Of a DNA stretch of 64,000 nt, positions 60,855 through 64,000 are shown in pieces. The notes under the pieces are model-generated. The model made no database searches. It saw nothing but the letters and a program-made list of their open reading frames with translations, and was not told the origin of the DNA. The stretch is from the NCBI GenBank assembly GCA_963674865.2, contig CAXXYE010000003.1:26373-90372 (forward strand), in the 5' to 3' direction. Positions within the stretch are counted from its first letter, which is position 1; the number at the start of each line of letters is the position of its first letter. Made by a program: the position numbers and the translations under genes. The stretch comes from Candidatus Hydrogenedentota bacterium (GTDB lineage Bacteria; Hydrogenedentota; Hydrogenedentia; Hydrogenedentales; SLHB01).

Positions 60855-62738
60855 TTACGGCGCGGTGCTGAATTTCAGATCCCGGATAGGCTCCCCCTTG
60901 GCATCGGTAATGCGGAACACGAAGCCCCAGTTGAGCAGGCCGTTGGTTATCTTGAGCAGGATCGGCGTGGTGCCTTCGGGCAAGGTCACCGGCGCGACGT
61001 CGCGGTCGAGGATCGCCGTTCCCTCAAAGGGGTAGTCGTAAACCAACTTGCCGCCGACCCACATCTTCCCGGCGTCATTGGTGCCCAATCGAATCTGGAC
61101 ATCCATCGCTTGCGGCGCCGTCACGTAGCACAGCGCGTAGGCCGTCACGTGCTCCGTTGGCTCGTAGATGCTCTTGAAATTCACCGAGGTGGCGCTGCCG
61201 GCCTGCCGGTGCGGAGTCCATCGCACCTTGCCCTCTACGCCTTCGTATTCGGCGCTCAGGTCGATCTCCTGCTCAGGCGGAAACACGGTGTGATGTCCCT
61301 CGAATTCGCCGGGGCTGGGGAATGGCCCGATGATCATCCAGTCTGTCTGCGTATTGAAATGCGCCTTGAGGTCGACGACCTCGCCGTGGAAGAGGCGCAG
61401 TCCGAGGTCCCAGATGTCGTCCGTGGAGCGTTCATCCGCCCCGGCGCCGAGCAGGTTCTTAGGCATGAGGCCGACGCGCACCTTGTCGTCGGGGGCGGCT
61501 ACCTGCGGCGTTGGTAGGACGCCGAGATCCGCTGAGTAGTCCCGCAGGGCCTTCCGGCGGAGTTCCTTGGCCAAGGCCACATATTTCGGCGTCGTGACGA
61601 CGTCTCTCTTCGTGAGCACGTCCAGGTAGGCGTTGATGTCCTTGTCGCCCGTGTACTTCTCCAACTCGCGGCCGATGCATTGCTCCTGGCAGTAGGAGCC
61701 GTAGATCCAGCTATAGCGCGGCGACATCATGAGTGTTGCGGCGTATCCTTGGCGGAAGGCTTCGAGGTCCATCGTCGGCCCGAACAGGCGCACGTCATCC
61801 GAGCCGAAAGGCCAGAAGCCGGCCGCGATGGTGCACTTCTCCATCCAGTACTTCGTGGCGCGCTTGCTGAGGGCCTTATGGAAGAGTACGTTCGGCAACC
61901 AGGCGTGGCCCAGCGCGTACCGAATGTTGGCGCACCGGTACGTGGACTCCATGCAGTAATGGATGCCCTCCGGCGCATCGCGCCGCGCGGCTTCCTCGAT
62001 CCAGGCGCAATGAATAATGTTCCCCAGTCCGAGGCCCTGCTCGGGAAACGTCAGGAAAACCATATCGGGGAATTCGTCGTACAGGATCTGGATGACGCGC
62101 GTCATCCGCTCATCGATCTTGTCAACCAAGTCCTCGCGCGTATAGCCGTCGTAGGTATAGCCCTCCCAGTCGTAGCTGTACTGCTCGCCCACGTACTCGA
62201 TGTCGAGGGCGATGCCGGTGAAATCGGCCTCCCGCGCGAAAATCGCGAACTGCCGGAAGTTGTTGTCGATTCGCTGCCAGGCCACGTCGTTGAACCACTC
62301 AAAACAGTGATCAAAGGAAATCTTCAGGAACGTCTCCGAGCCGATGCGATTGCAGATCGCCGCGGCCTGTTTTGCCTCTTGCAAGGTTTCATCCGACTCG
62401 CCGATAGTCCAGGGCTTGCCGTCGCGCGCCCAGATGTCGGTGGACCACTCACGGGCGACGTAGTCGACGAAGAACGCCTGTACGCCCCGGCGCGCCCAGG
62501 TTTCGGCATCGGCGATGATATTGTCCACACCGGCGCCGAAGAAGATGATCTTGGGGAGGGATAGCTCATCGGACTGGCCGTAGGTGAGCCCCGGCATGGG
62601 CGTCTCCGACTCCTCGCGCATCAGGAGCACTCTCGGGACGGCCTCGACGCCGGCCTCCTCCGATTCCGCCGCGACGAAACACGCCGCGATTGCCAGTAGG
62701 ATCAACACTGAGGATACTTTGTTCATGATGCGCCTCAC
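60855..62738 (-). CDS. Secreted hypothetical protein (glycoside-hydrolase-like core plus C-terminal beta-sandwich, tentative)
   Basis: Signal peptide MRRIMNKVSSVLILLAIAACFVAA. 627 aa. No catalytic motif recognised by eye. Confidence 0.35.
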   Translation of the reverse strand: MRRIMNKVSSVLILLAIAACFVAAESEEAGVEAVPRVLLMREESETPMPGLTYGQSDELSLPKIIFFGAGVDNIIADAETWARRGVQAFFVDYVAREWSTDIWARDGKPWTIGESDETLQEAKQAAAICNRIGSETFLKISFDHCFEWFNDVAWQRIDNNFRQFAIFAREADFTGIALDIEYVGEQYSYDWEGYTYDGYTREDLVDKIDERMTRVIQILYDEFPDMVFLTFPEQGLGLGNIIHCAWIEEAARRDAPEGIHYCMESTYRCANIRYALGHAWLPNVLFHKALSKRATKYWMEKCTIAAGFWPFGSDDVRLFGPTMDLEAFRQGYAATLMMSPRYSWIYGSYCQEQCIGRELEKYTGDKDINAYLDVLTKRDVVTTPKYVALAKELRRKALRDYSADLGVLPTPQVAAPDDKVRVGLMPKNLLGAGADERSTDDIWDLGLRLFHGEVVDLKAHFNTQTDWMIIGPFPSPGEFEGHHTVFPPEQEIDLSAEYEGVEGKVRWTPHRQAGSATSVNFKSIYEPTEHVTAYALCYVTAPQAMDVQIRLGTNDAGKMWVGGKLVYDYPFEGTAILDRDVAPVTLPEGTTPILLKITNGLLNWGFVFRITDAKGEPIRDLKFSTAP

Positions 62739-62969
62739 TTACACGTTCTGACTTGCCATGGAGGGATGTCCGGCCACCAAGTCACTTTCGCACGAAACCG
62801 GAAAGAAAGGCAAGTTTCGCTGCTTCGGGGGTGCGTCAAGGAGGAGGCCAGGAGTCGTGTCCCATGGCCTTGTGTCCGCCCGACTGACGTGGCATAGTGC
62901 TGAAGCAAGACGGGCAACACGACGCGGGGATCTTCGTGTGGAAACACGGAAGGCCGGGGAGGACAGGCT

Positions 62970-63419
62970 ATGGAGCCGGCGATCGCTGAACGAGACAGCT
63001 TCACGGTTGTGGGCGTTGTAGCACGCGGCGATGCGTCGAGTCTGGACTTTGCGGCCATCTGGACAGAGCGATTCATGGCGTACTACGCCCTGCTCATGCC
63101 TCGCAGTTCGGATAAGGCCTGCTATGGCGTCAGCTTTGCTACCGAGCGCGCCGGCATCATCGACTACGTGGCGGGCATGGCTGTGGATGATGTACCCGAT
63201 CTTCCCGAGGGCCTTGTCGTGCGGGAGGTCCTCGCGGCGCGGTACGCCGTATTCCGATGTACCGTAAATACCATCGGTGAGACATACGAACGCATCTTCA
63301 AGGAGTGGCTCCCCTCGGCGCAATGCCAACACGATCCATCCGCACCTGCCTTCGAATTCTACCCGCCCGGCACTGTGGGCGGGGAGTCCCCCGTGCAGAT
63401 CCACATTCCGTTGAGATAG
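62970..63419 (+). CDS. GyrI-like small-molecule-binding domain protein
   Basis: 149 aa. FTVVGVVARGD ... YAVFRC ... FKEWLP ... FEFYPPG ... VQIHIPL is a typical GyrI-like/AraC effector-binding fold pattern. Confidence 0.55.
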   Translation: MEPAIAERDSFTVVGVVARGDASSLDFAAIWTERFMAYYALLMPRSSDKACYGVSFATERAGIIDYVAGMAVDDVPDLPEGLVVREVLAARYAVFRCTVNTIGETYERIFKEWLPSAQCQHDPSAPAFEFYPPGTVGGESPVQIHIPLR

Positions 63420-63511
63420 AACGGCCCATCGCTTTTCGGGCAGGCGATGTTGTGCCGGCTCGCCTGACGCGTCCCCTACGGAAAGCCAACTGCCCGGCAG
63501 AGTCCCGCAAT

Positions 63512-64000
63512 CTACCGTATTCGCACCAAGGCGTGACGGAACTGGCCAAGGTAGTGCTCGCCCCAGGTAATGCGGAACGGGATCGCGTAGAGCCCTGGTG
63601 CGGCGTGCTCCGAGGCCTCGATCCACACACGGGCCGCGCCGTCGGGGCGTTCGCACCAGGATGCCGCAAAACCGTCCGTACGGCTGGGCACCTGCACCTG
63701 TCCGCCGCCTCGTTCCGTGTCCCAACGCCATCCCTCGGGAAGAACCGGAGCAACCTGCGCCTGCACCAGCTCGTCGCCGTGATTGGTGAATTGGACGTCG
63801 ATGGCCGCCGTTCCGCCGGGGCAGATCTCCTGCTCGTAGGGGCACGTGCGCACCCACCATTCATCCACGGCGAAATCGGCGTTCGGCCACGGAACCAGCT
63901 CCTCGATCAGCCGCTCCCGCGTCTCGAGCATGTTGTCCATGTAATCGAGTTGCTCGTCCGTGAATGTGAACGCCTTGCCCTGATGCTCGTTCATAATGAA
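63512..64000 (-). CDS. Hypothetical protein, probably 5'-partial (frame open to the window end)
   Basis: The track ORF is 63512..63994, and no stop lies between 63994 and the window end. No domain recognised. Confidence 0.3.
   Translation of the reverse strand, partial: FIMNEHQGKAFTFTDEQLDYMDNMLETRERLIEELVPWPNADFAVDEWWVRTCPYEQEICPGGTAAIDVQFTNHGDELVQAQVAPVLPEGWRWDTERGGGQVQVPSRTDGFAASWCERPDGAARVWIEASEHAAPGLYAIPFRITWGEHYLGQFRHALVRIR

Overview
High-GC (about 60-65% by eye) bacterial chromosomal segment. The sulfatase, FG-GAP proteins and hairpin-repeat families resemble PVC-superphylum or related candidate phyla, but that is a low-confidence guess. Main blocks: (1) A complete type II-C CRISPR-Cas locus on the minus strand (cas9-cas1-cas2) with a 13-repeat array. 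A predicted tracrRNA lies divergently upstream of cas9, and each repeat carries a sigma70-like promoter. (2) A minus-strand operon of URO-D-like, glycyl-radical-enzyme-like and sulfatase genes. (3) An [FeFe]-hydrogenase regulon: hydE; then hydF, aspA, a TM1266-like regulator, hydG, a GAF histidine kinase, hydA, hydB, hydC and a response regulator. (4) A Wood-Ljungdahl methyl-branch cluster: fhs, then hdrC-hdrB-hdrA(1497 aa fusion)-mvhD-metV-metF. (5) Secreted FG-GAP, carboxypeptidase-regulatory-like and glycoside-hydrolase-like proteins. The least expected signal is two lower-GC islands (about 23.5-28.3 kb and 52.2-56.4 kb). Each sits directly after a host gene (hydE; the 49565..52288 gene) and ends with a decayed copy of that gene's 3' region. 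Their unrelated cargo genes are a SAM-methyltransferase plus a PHP phosphoesterase, a WD40-ankyrin protein, a PD-(D/E)xK protein, and an XhoI/PaeR7I-like R-M pair. Each cargo is preceded by copies of one conserved upstream module (promoter TTGCCY-17-TATACT, long leader, SD plus short uORF). Two hairpin-rich dispersed repeat families fill several intergenic regions. Most other ORFs in the six-frame track are antisense or overlapping high-GC artefacts. All calls are by-eye motif recognition; no database search was run.
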